Below, piece by piece: positions 56,370-64,000 of a stretch of 64,000 nt of DNA (positions are counted from its first letter, which is position 1; each line of letters begins with the position of its first letter). The position numbers and the translations under genes were made by a program. A model generated the notes under the pieces. The model was not told where the DNA came from. It was given only the letters and a program-made list of their open reading frames with translations, and made no database searches. The stretch is taken from assembly GCA_963851265.1 (NCBI GenBank), contig CAWKNZ010000003.1:160001-224000 (forward strand). The letters run 5' to 3'. This DNA is from an uncultured Gemmatimonadales bacterium (lineage in GTDB: Bacteria; Gemmatimonadota; Gemmatimonadetes; Gemmatimonadales; Gemmatimonadaceae).

Positions 56370-57611
56370 ATGCGCCACGTCGTACTGTTCCCGCCCTGCC
56401 GGGCCGTCGCGCTCCGCCGCGCGCGGCGGGCCCGCGCGCTCACCCCCGTCGTGCTCACGACGGCCGCGTTCGGCTGTACGGGCGGCGACCGGGGCGTGGT
56501 CGACCCCGGCGTTCCGACGCGGAGCGATCCCGCCCCGGCGGTCGCGTTGCTGTACACCCTGTCGAGCACGGGCCGCGTCGAGCGCGGCGATTCGGTGCGC
56601 GTGGTGGCCGTTCGCGGAGCCGACACGCTCGCCGTCGACAGCGTCACCGTCGCGCCCGCGGGCGCGGCCGCCGTCGCGCCGGGCGGGTGGCTGCGCCTGC
56701 GCACGGAAGGCAGCCTGGCCGTGACGGCGGCCGTGCGCGACACCGTACACGGCCGCGCCGGCGCCGTGACGCTCGTCGCGGGCACCGTTGCGGTGGCCGA
56801 ACCGCCGACGATCGTGTTCGACCTCCTGCAGAACGGCAACCGCGACATCTGGCGCGTGGCGCTCGACGGCGGCGGGCTGCTGCGGCTGACCACGGCGACG
56901 GCCGACGATCAGCACCCGACGGCCGCCGGCGGAACGGTCGTGTTCACGAGCTACCGCACGGGACGGGCGCAGCTGTTCGCCGTCGCGCTCGACGGGTCCG
57001 GGGAGCGCCGCCTCACGACGACCGCCGACAACCTCGTCGAGCCCGCGCTCTCGCCCGATGGGCGGCGCCTGGCGTACGTACGCGACACCTCGGGCGCCCG
57101 CCGCCTCTGGTGGTCGGCGGCCGACGGCACCGCGCCGGCGGCGGCCGCGACCGCGCCGTGGGCGGGCGCAATCGACGGCGCACCGGCGTGGGCGCCGGAC
57201 GGCAGCCGGCTGGCGTACATGTCGACGCGCAGCGGACCGGTCACCGTGTTCGTGCTCGATGCGGGCGCTGGCGCGGGGCCGACCGCGGCGTCCGGCGCCA
57301 CACCCGATCCGCAGTCGGTCACGGTGGAGCCTGCGTGGAGTCCGGACGGCCGCCAGATGGCCGTGACGTCGACGCGCAGCGGCGGGAGCGAGCTGTTCGT
57401 GATCGATGTGGCAAGCGGCATCGCGACACAGCTGACCCGTTCGGGCGGCACCGTCGGACAGCCCGCGTGGCTTCCGGACGGCCGCATCGTGTTCACGGCG
57501 TTCGCGGCGGCCGGATCGCGACTGCGCTGGCTCGACCCCCGCGCGCCCGGCGTGCTGCACGACGTGCCGACCGGCGCGGGCAGCGCCGCGCACGCGGCTC
57601 CCGCGCGCTGA
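56370..57611 (+). CDS. TolB-like (PD40 repeat) beta-propeller lipoprotein
   Basis: AFGC lipobox; repeated P(A)(L/W)SPDG..LAY, PAWAPDG, PAWSPDG, PAWLPDG. Confidence 0.85.
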   Translation: MRHVVLFPPCRAVALRRARRARALTPVVLTTAAFGCTGGDRGVVDPGVPTRSDPAPAVALLYTLSSTGRVERGDSVRVVAVRGADTLAVDSVTVAPAGAAAVAPGGWLRLRTEGSLAVTAAVRDTVHGRAGAVTLVAGTVAVAEPPTIVFDLLQNGNRDIWRVALDGGGLLRLTTATADDQHPTAAGGTVVFTSYRTGRAQLFAVALDGSGERRLTTTADNLVEPALSPDGRRLAYVRDTSGARRLWWSAADGTAPAAAATAPWAGAIDGAPAWAPDGSRLAYMSTRSGPVTVFVLDAGAGAGPTAASGATPDPQSVTVEPAWSPDGRQMAVTSTRSGGSELFVIDVASGIATQLTRSGGTVGQPAWLPDGRIVFTAFAAAGSRLRWLDPRAPGVLHDVPTGAGSAAHAAPAR

Positions 57612-57679
57612 GCGCCGCGCACCCGACCTCCGCCGTAGCCCTCACCGTCCGACCACGCCATTCCCCTCTCCTTCTGCCG

Positions 57680-57946
57680 ATGGCCGCCACTCTCGCGCCC
57701 GCGCCGCACGCTCTCGCCGCCCATCTCGACGACGGGACGGTGCTGCTCGACCTGCACACGCGCTCCTATTTCCAGCTCAACGCGACCGGCGCCGTCGTGT
57801 GGCAGAGCGTCGAAGCGCGCGACGACCGCACGGCGGCGATCGCGCGCCTGGTCGACGCGTTCGACGTGGCGCATGCGGACGCCGCGACCGGCTACGACGC
57901 GCTCGTCGCGGAGCTGCGGGCGCGCGCGCTCGTCGTGCCGGGGTGA
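57680..57946 (+). CDS. PqqD-family RiPP recognition element (lasso B1-like)
   Basis: LDDGTVLLDLHTRSYFQLNATGAVVW..LVDAFDV..LVAEL...LV. Confidence 0.9.
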   Translation: MAATLAPAPHALAAHLDDGTVLLDLHTRSYFQLNATGAVVWQSVEARDDRTAAIARLVDAFDVAHADAATGYDALVAELRARALVVPG

Positions 57947-58404
57947 CGGGCCTGCGGGCGTCCGACGTCGCGTGCGCATGGTCGGCCGTCGCGCACGGCG
58001 TGTTCGCGGCGCTCCTCACCCGGCGCGTCGTGCACGGCCGCGGCCTCGACGCGCTGCTCACCGCGCCTCACGCGCGCGCGGCCCGGGCGCCGTCGGCCGC
58101 CGATGCGGCCCGGGCCCATCAGAGCACGGCGGTCGCGTTCGCCGCGCTTCGGTTGCTCGCCCGCCTGCCAGGCTGGCGAAACACGTGCCTGTACCGTGCG
58201 GTGGCGGAGTGCCTCGTCCTCCGCGGGCGTGGCATGCCGGCCGTGCTCCGAGTGGGCGTCGCGCGGGCGGCGGGGCCGGTCGCGGCCCACGCGTGGACGG
58301 AATGCGCCGGCCACCGTTGCCAGAGCGCGACCGGGAGCGAGGGAAACGCGTACGCGCCGCTGCGGCGCACGGTGGCACACGCGGCCGAAGGGGCGGTCGC
58401 GTGA
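57943..58404 (+). CDS. Lasso peptide B2-like transglutaminase-fold leader peptidase
   Basis: NTCLYRAV..LRGRG..LRVGV..AHAWTE (Cys/His catalytic motifs). GTG overlaps the RRE stop. Confidence 0.85.
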   Translation: MTGLRASDVACAWSAVAHGVFAALLTRRVVHGRGLDALLTAPHARAARAPSAADAARAHQSTAVAFAALRLLARLPGWRNTCLYRAVAECLVLRGRGMPAVLRVGVARAAGPVAAHAWTECAGHRCQSATGSEGNAYAPLRRTVAHAAEGAVA

Positions 58405-59414
58405 GTTCGGCGCCGGACGCGATCGCGGCGCACCAGCACGTGTCGCTCACCGGGGACGGCGCGCTCGCGCTCACCGTGGACGCCGATCTCGCCGACGCGG
58501 TCGCCGCGTGGCTGCCGTCGCACCTGCGCCTGTCCGCACGGGCGAGCGCCGCAGTGCCGGAAGCGCGGATCGTGGCGCGACGTGGAGCCGGGCCCGCGTC
58601 CGCTTCGTCCAACGTCGCGGGCACCGGCGCCCCGCGCGGACCGGACCTCGTGGCGGGCAACGTCGCCCTCTGGCGCGAGGGCGACGCCATGCGGCTTCAG
58701 ACGCTTGGTGCGCGCGGCCCGGCGGGGGTCGTCGAACTCGCGGCCCGGCACGCCGTCCTCACCGTACCCGGTGGGCACGGCGCCGATGCGCCTGAGGTGA
58801 CCGCCGCGCTCCACACGATGTTGTTGCTCGCGAGCGCGTACCTGCTCGGGCGGCTCGGGCGCGCGCTCGTGCACGGCGCGTCACTCGTCGCACCCGACGG
58901 CCGCGCGTGGCTGCTCGTCGGCGACACGCACGCGGGCAAGACGACCACGTGCGCAACGCTCGTCGACGCCGGGTGGCAGTACTGCGCCGACGACCACGCG
59001 ATCCTGCAGCCGACGCCCGCGGGCGTGGTCGTCGAGGGGTGGCCGCGGCTCTTCCACCTCGACGGCGGTTGGGACCACGGCGTACCCGTGGGTGGCGCGC
59101 GGCGGGACGTGGATGCGTTCGTCCGCTGGCCCGGCCGCTGGCGCCCGGCGGCTCCGCTCGCGGGCGTGCTCTGCCCACGCGTGGACGCCGACGCCGCCAC
59201 CGCACTCGCCCCGCTCGAGCCGACCGGGCGCCTCTCCGCGCTCCTGCGTCAGTCGCCGTGGCTCACCGCCGACCCGGGGGCGGCCCCGGCGCTGCTCGCC
59301 CTGTTGCAGCGCGTGGCCGCCCGGCCTGGCGCCGCGCTCCGCCTCGGGCGCGACACCTTTCGCCGGCCGGAGCCGCTCGCCGCCGTGCTCGCCCCCCTCA
59401 CCGCCCCCGCCTGA
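58401..59414 (+). CDS. HPr-kinase-related P-loop kinase
   Basis: LVHGASL..LLVGDTHAGKTT..GWQYCADD. GTG overlaps the B2 stop. Confidence 0.85.
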   Translation: MSSAPDAIAAHQHVSLTGDGALALTVDADLADAVAAWLPSHLRLSARASAAVPEARIVARRGAGPASASSNVAGTGAPRGPDLVAGNVALWREGDAMRLQTLGARGPAGVVELAARHAVLTVPGGHGADAPEVTAALHTMLLLASAYLLGRLGRALVHGASLVAPDGRAWLLVGDTHAGKTTTCATLVDAGWQYCADDHAILQPTPAGVVVEGWPRLFHLDGGWDHGVPVGGARRDVDAFVRWPGRWRPAAPLAGVLCPRVDADAATALAPLEPTGRLSALLRQSPWLTADPGAAPALLALLQRVAARPGAALRLGRDTFRRPEPLAAVLAPLTAPA

Positions 59415-59415
59415 C

Positions 59416-60666
59416 GTGCCGCGTCTGCCCATTCTCTTCCGCCGGGCCGGCCGCGATGCCGCCGTGCGCGGCGCGCTCGCCCTCCGCGCCCCCGCGCTCG
59501 CGCTGCTCGCCGGCCGGGCGCCCGACGCCGCGGGCCGTGCCGCGCTCGGCGCGCCCGCGGCCGCGTGGGAGCTGTTCCTCGCGGCCGAGTGTTGCGCGAT
59601 CCCGGTGGCGCGCGCGCTGCGGATGGTCGGCGCGTGGGACTCGCTCTCGCCCGACGCCCGCGCCGCCGTCGCCGCCGCGGAATCGCGCGAGATGCAGCGC
59701 GTGCTGGCCGCGCGGGGGCAGCTGGCGGAGCTCGACCGCCTGGCTGCGGCGTTTGGCGTGATGCCGATCGTGCTGAAGGGCGGCGCCACCGTCGCCGAGG
59801 GCACCGCGCTGGACCTCGGCGACATCGACCTGCTCGTCACGGGCGACGTGGCGGCCACGCTCGCGGCGGCTCTCGTCGCGCGCGGGTACGCGCCCTCGGG
59901 TGACGCGCTGGTGCGCCCCGGGGCGCTGCCGATCGAGCTGCACGACCACGTGTCGTACGGCCGCGCCGGGGGCGCCGGCGACCGGGCCGCGCGTCCGGCC
60001 GAATCGTGCGCGGCGGGACCGTGGACGGGTGCGTCGTGTGTGTCCCTCGCGTGCGCCGACGAGCCGCCGCTGGTGCCGCTCGCGGGCTGCCGCGCGCTGC
60101 GGCGGCTCGTCGGCGCGCCGGCTGTGCTGCTGCTCCTCCGCCACGGCGTGCTGCACCACCCGTTCCGCCGCGGCCACCTGCGCGACCTCGTCGTGCTCGC
60201 GGAGGCGATCGGGCGCTGCACGCCCGACGCGGTCGACGCCGTGTCGCGGGCGTGCGCGGCGGATCCCGATGCGGCGGACCTCACCGAGACCCTCGCGCTC
60301 GCGCTGGCGATCCGCGCGGGGGCGGACGTCGCCGACCCGCCCGCGGTGCGGCGGATGGCGACCCACAAGTACCTGTTCGCGCTCGGGACGTGGCGGCGCG
60401 CGGTGCGCATCGCGCCGCGGTGGCCGACGCTCCTCTGCGCGGCGATCGACCGTCCCGCGGCCCGCCACGCGCCGCTTCGCGACGCGCTCGCGAGTCGGGA
60501 GCAGACGGACCCGCACTGGGAATTGCGCCGCCTGGCGAGGCACGCGCCGAGGCTCGCGGCGGCCGCGCGTGGCGCGGCGCGCCTTCCGTACCGCGTCGTA
60601 CTCGTGCTCTGCGCGCTCGGCGCGGGCCCGTTCGCGCGCCGCCGGGTCGCGCGCCTCGCCCGCTGA
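59416..60666 (+). CDS. Nucleotidyltransferase-family (NTP_transf_5-like) protein
   Basis: PIVLKGG..GDIDLLV..L..RGY..IELH..H..HH..LRDL. Confidence 0.8.
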   Translation: MPRLPILFRRAGRDAAVRGALALRAPALALLAGRAPDAAGRAALGAPAAAWELFLAAECCAIPVARALRMVGAWDSLSPDARAAVAAAESREMQRVLAARGQLAELDRLAAAFGVMPIVLKGGATVAEGTALDLGDIDLLVTGDVAATLAAALVARGYAPSGDALVRPGALPIELHDHVSYGRAGGAGDRAARPAESCAAGPWTGASCVSLACADEPPLVPLAGCRALRRLVGAPAVLLLLRHGVLHHPFRRGHLRDLVVLAEAIGRCTPDAVDAVSRACAADPDAADLTETLALALAIRAGADVADPPAVRRMATHKYLFALGTWRRAVRIAPRWPTLLCAAIDRPAARHAPLRDALASREQTDPHWELRRLARHAPRLAAAARGAARLPYRVVLVLCALGAGPFARRRVARLAR

Positions 60667-60860
60667 CGCAGCGACGGACCGGGCCGTCGGTTAGAACCTG
60701 GGTGCGCGATTACTCACGATCGCACGCGAAGTTCCACGGCCCGGTACGCCTTTGTGAGATCTTTACGACGGGTTGATGCCACGGGGCCGTGCGCAGGCGG
60801 AGTATACGGGAGCGTCCCCGGTACGCCGGCGCCGCGTCTCCTCACTTCCCGCCCCGTCCC

Positions 60861-61886
60861 ATGCCCGTCCGGTTCACCACCGCTCGTCGCGGCACCCTCC
60901 GCGCGTCCGCCGCCCTCGCCGCCGCCTGCGCATTCGCGGCGTGCACCGACGGCGCCACCGCCCCGTCGGCCAGCAGCAATCTGTCGCCCGACGGCCCCTC
61001 GCTGAGCGCGGCGCCCGAGCTCAACCCCGGTGTGCGCCACGTGCACCACGTGCGCGACTACAGCGCGACCCACAACGCCGGGACCGGGACGGGCATCTCG
61101 TACCACGGCGGCGCGCTGCTGACCGCGCAGACCAACGTCGCGGCCGTGTACTGGGGCGGGAGCCCGATCTATACGAACGGCCCCGCCGCGGGCACGCACG
61201 GCGCCGGATCGACCGACGGGTCGCTCGTCGGCTTCTTCCTGAGCCACATCGGCGGCTCGCCGTACTTCAACATCAACACGACGTACTACAACGCCTCCGG
61301 CACGCACGTGGCGAACGTCGTCAACTACACGCAGTACTGGGCGGCCAACACGAGCGTGCCGGCGTCGGGCGCGAGCGTCACCGACGCGCAGATGGTCGCC
61401 CTGCTGCAGGCCGGCATCAACAGCGGGGCCCTCACGTACGACGCCAGCACGGTCTACGCGATCTTCACGGCCGGCGGGGTGAACCTCGGCGGCGGGTTCG
61501 GGACGCAGTACTGCGCGTACCACACGACCGGCACCGTCACGGTGAACGGCGTGTCGCGTTCGGTGATCTACGCCGCGATGCCCTACAACAACTCGCAGCC
61601 GTCGGCGTGCACCGCCGGCACTGGCGCGCCTAACGGCGACCCCGGCGCGGACTACGAGGTGACCACCCTCGTCCACGAGATCGAGGAGAGCACCACCGAC
61701 TACCTCGGCAACGCCTGGTACGACCGCTCGGGCAACGAGAACGCCGACAAGTGCGCGTGGAACTTCGGCGCCACGGCCAGCGCCACGAACGGCGCGAAGT
61801 ACAACATCACGATCGGCGGGAAGAACTTCCTCGTGCAGCAGAACTGGGTGAACGCGGGGACGGGCGGCTGCGCGCTGAAGTACTGA
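60861..61886 (+). CDS. EXORDIUM/phosphate-induced protein 1 (Phi-1)-like lipoprotein
   Basis: FAAC lipobox; ISYHGGALL..YWG, YCAYH, PNGDPGAD..HEIEE..TD..AWYD..ENADKC..NFLVQQNW. Confidence 0.8.
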   Translation: MPVRFTTARRGTLRASAALAAACAFAACTDGATAPSASSNLSPDGPSLSAAPELNPGVRHVHHVRDYSATHNAGTGTGISYHGGALLTAQTNVAAVYWGGSPIYTNGPAAGTHGAGSTDGSLVGFFLSHIGGSPYFNINTTYYNASGTHVANVVNYTQYWAANTSVPASGASVTDAQMVALLQAGINSGALTYDASTVYAIFTAGGVNLGGGFGTQYCAYHTTGTVTVNGVSRSVIYAAMPYNNSQPSACTAGTGAPNGDPGADYEVTTLVHEIEESTTDYLGNAWYDRSGNENADKCAWNFGATASATNGAKYNITIGGKNFLVQQNWVNAGTGGCALKY

Positions 61887-61887
61887 C

Positions 61888-61935
61888 GGGCTGAAGTTCC
61901 GAAGGGCTGAAGTTCCGAAGGGCCGAAGTTCCGAA
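61888..61935 (+). repeat. Tandem repeat, 3 x 16 bp GGGCTGAAGTTCCGAA
   Basis: Units at 61888, 61904 and 61920 (third has T>C), starting 2 bp after the Phi-1-like stop. Confidence 0.9.
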
Positions 61936-61942
61936 GGGTTGA

Positions 61943-62005
61943 CGAGCCCGACGTCGGGGATGCAGGGGCTGCAGCACGGGCCTCGGCTCCCCGACGTCGG
62001 GCTCG
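61943..62005. repeat. 18-bp inverted repeat whose arms each contain a 12-bp palindrome
   Basis: CGAGCCCGACGTCGGGGA ... TCCCCGACGTCGGGCTCG; internal CCCGACGTCGGG is self-complementary. Confidence 0.85.
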
Positions 62006-62070
62006 AACGCTTTCACGCCCCCGTCCCGGGCGAGCGCATCGGGCCCGCCTCATGCGTGACGCACGACGCC

Positions 62071-62367
62071 ATGAGCGCCTCATCCGTGCACGTCGAACAC
62101 CGCCCCGACGACCACCGCTTCGTTGCCGACGTGGCCGGCGGCGAGGCCGTTCTCGTCTACCAGCGCCTCGCCGACGGCGAGCTCGACCTCCAGCACACGA
62201 TCGTGCCCGAGGAAGCGCGCGGCGGTGGAGTGGGCGACGCGCTCGTCCGCGCCGCGGTCGACTACGCACGACGCGACGGGGTGACGCTCATCCCGACCTG
62301 CCCGTACGTGGCCGCCTGGCTGGCGCGTCATCCGAAGGAGCGGGCGGTCTTTTCCGACGACGAGTAG
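62071..62367 (+). CDS. Small GNAT acetyltransferase (YjdJ-like)
   Basis: HTIVPEEARGGGVGDALVRAAVDYAR..PTCPYV. Confidence 0.9.
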   Translation: MSASSVHVEHRPDDHRFVADVAGGEAVLVYQRLADGELDLQHTIVPEEARGGGVGDALVRAAVDYARRDGVTLIPTCPYVAAWLARHPKERAVFSDDE

Positions 62368-62477
62368 GCCGCGTTGCAGGCGGCGGCCGGCGGACCCCGC
62401 CGGCCGGCCGCAACTTCCGCCGAAGCGGCGCCGTACGGCTGGTCGCCGTCCTCCTCGCCCCGCTACCCCGCCGACCG

Positions 62478-62729
62478 ATGACCGCGCCGCGCTCCGTCTT
62501 CGAAGAGATTCCAGTCGCCGGGCACAAGCTGCTCGAAACGGTCCGCGAACTCGTGCGGGCGGGCAAGGTGCGCCGCATCGTGGTGCGCAACGCGAACGAC
62601 CGGGTGGTGCTGGACGTGCCGCTCACGGCCGGGGTGGTCGGCGCCGCGCTCCTGCCGATGTGGGCGGCGCTCGGCGGACTGGCCGCGCTGTCGGCGCGGT
62701 ACACGGTGGGCGTCGAGCGCGACGCCTGA
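62478..62729 (+). CDS. DUF4342 domain protein
   Basis: EEIPVAG..LLETVRELVRAGKVRRIVV..LDVPLTAGVVG..VER. Confidence 0.85.
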   Translation: MTAPRSVFEEIPVAGHKLLETVRELVRAGKVRRIVVRNANDRVVLDVPLTAGVVGAALLPMWAALGGLAALSARYTVGVERDA

Positions 62730-62766
62730 TCCCGTCGGCCCGACGCGGTCCCGCCTGGCCCGTGGC

Positions 62767-63219
62767 CTAGCCGGGGCCGGCCGCTCGACCGGCCGCCGCG
62801 CGCCGTCGGCTCGCCCGCCACTCGCCGATTCCTCCCGCGGCCACCCCGCCCGCGTACGCGAGCAGGTCTCGCCAATCGAAGTCCGCGCCCAACACCAGGT
62901 GCCCGAGCGTCGTGGCCCGTACGGCGTCGATGCCAGGCGCGTGATAGCACTGGCTGAACTCGATCGCGAACGAGAACGCCAGCGCCGTCCCGATCCGGGT
63001 CGTCAGCCCCGCCGTCGGCCATCCGGCTCCGATCCACCAGTAGACCATCGCCGCCCAGAGCGCGTCGCCGAGCACGTCGCGGACGGCTGGCGGCAGTGCC
63101 GCACCGCGGAAGTGGACCGCGAGCCCGACCGCCATCGTCCCGAGCGCCGCGGCCGTATACGCGAGGCGCGCCGGGAGCGTCTCGCGCAGAGTGCGCGCGG
63201 CACGCACGTTTCCGCTCAT
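62767..63219 (-). CDS. DUF2809 membrane protein (start uncertain)
   Basis: GDALWAAMVY..IEFSQCYHAP..RATTLGHLVLG..FDWRDLLAY..G. Confidence 0.85.
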   Translation of the reverse strand: MSGNVRAARTLRETLPARLAYTAAALGTMAVGLAVHFRGAALPPAVRDVLGDALWAAMVYWWIGAGWPTAGLTTRIGTALAFSFAIEFSQCYHAPGIDAVRATTLGHLVLGADFDWRDLLAYAGGVAAGGIGEWRASRRRAAAGRAAGPG

Positions 63220-63541
63220 GCCCTACGATAGCGGACTCGTCGAGCGCGTCGCCGACGCCCTCGCCCCGATCGGCGTGCGCGGCGCGCGCCAGCGCAGCAT
63301 GTTCGGCGGGCGCGGCTTCATGCTCGGCAAGCAGACGTTCGTGATCGTCTGGGGCGAGGGGCTCATCGTCAAGGTCCCGCGCGCCGAATACGACGCGGCG
63401 CTCGCCGAACCTGGCGCCTCGCCGTTCGCCCCCGGCGGGGGGCGGCCGATGGGGACGTGGGTGGTGGTCACGGCGGAGGCCGTCGCCGACGACCCGGAGT
63501 TGCAGGCGTGGGTCGCACGCGGGGTGCGCGCGGTGGCCTGA
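63218..63541 (+). CDS. TfoX/Sxy N-terminal domain protein
   Basis: YDSGLVERV..MFGGRGFML..GLIVKV..ALAEPGA.PF..GRPM..WV.V. Confidence 0.85.
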   Translation: MPYDSGLVERVADALAPIGVRGARQRSMFGGRGFMLGKQTFVIVWGEGLIVKVPRAEYDAALAEPGASPFAPGGGRPMGTWVVVTAEAVADDPELQAWVARGVRAVA

Positions 63542-63753
63542 GCCGACCCGCGCGGGTGCCCGCGCGCGTGAGTGGTCGACCGATTGCGCGACCCGCTGCT
63601 CACGCGTCACTCTCGGGCGAGCAGGCGGCCCCGCTCGCGGTGCCCCGCTCGCGGTGTCGTTGCGCCCCGGCCGATCCGACGCCACGCGGAGGCATCGACG
63701 GAGCGCGCGCCGTACCCGAGCGTGCACCCTCTGCCACCCTGTCGGACCCCGTC

Positions 63754-64000
63754 GTGCCGTACCCAACTCCCGCGTACCCGCTCGAGCTGTCGCCGGCCGA
63801 CGCGTTCCGCCGCGCCGCAGCCCATCTGACGCCGCACGCGTCCCGCCCGGCCGTCCCGCCCCCCGTCGTGCTCGGCGGCGTGCTGCGCAGCGACTCGCCG
63901 TTCCTCGACGTGACGCCGTCCCAGGCGGCGCTCCCCCCCGAGGACGGGATGGTGTTCCTGCCCTACGAACCGGTCGCCCCCGAACCACTGGGTCAGACCC
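63754..64000 (+). CDS. Hypothetical protein, truncated by window end
   Basis: Open frame VPYPTPAYPLELSP..VVLGGVLRSDSPFLDV..PYEPVAPEPLGQT with typical codon usage and no stop before the edge. Confidence 0.4.
   Translation, partial: MPYPTPAYPLELSPADAFRRAAAHLTPHASRPAVPPPVVLGGVLRSDSPFLDVTPSQAALPPEDGMVFLPYEPVAPEPLGQT

Larger units (their letters stand above)
370..61634. repeat. Dispersed heptamer GTTAGGC/GCCTAAC (26 copies by manual count)
   Basis: Plus strand at 370, 1945, 7599, 11067, 14168, 19556, 22598, 24740, 26380, 27426, 33072, 34798, 35689, 40535, 52115, 53320, 54100. Minus strand at 9696, 16680, 23466, 31452, 35912, 49553, 50249, 50432, 61628. Confidence 0.85.

Noticed and set aside
60700..60770. 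CRP/FNR-like sites (TGCGC-N6-TCACG, TGTGA-N6-TACGA)
   Set aside because: Too degenerate to support without comparative data.
56186..60860. Lasso precursor peptide in gaps around the RRE operon
   Set aside because: No short ORF with RBS, YxxP leader motif and Thr-x-Gly/acidic core pattern was found by eye. A very divergent precursor cannot be excluded.
61888..61935. CRISPR array
   Set aside because: 16-bp units are contiguous with no spacers, and no cas genes are present.

Overview
High-GC (roughly 75% by eye) bacterial chromosomal segment. Gene content and lipoprotein style suggest Gemmatimonadota (inference). From left to right it holds: a flagellar cluster (flgF-G-A-H-I-J-N-K-csrA), a yellow/MRJP protein, a degenerate histidine-kinase-like gene divergent from motAB, a four-gene type IV minor-pilin operon, c-di-GMP genes (EAL-HDOD; photoactive yellow protein coupled to a PAS-GGDEF-EAL gene), a HipA-like kinase/DUF3037 pair, a SCO plus atypical cupredoxin pair, several hydrolases and transporters, and a two-component pair split by a Uma2-flanked lipase. 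Near the right end are a lasso-peptide-like maturation operon (RRE, B2 protease, HPr-like kinase, nucleotidyltransferase) with no cyclase or visible precursor, and an EXORDIUM/Phi-1-like lipoprotein. No rRNA, tRNA, CRISPR array, integrase or transposase was recognised. The strongest signal no gene call explains is the heptamer GTTAGGC/GCCTAAC, found 26 times by manual count on both strands. It accounts for nearly all the rare TTA leucine codons I saw and for several TAA stop codons.
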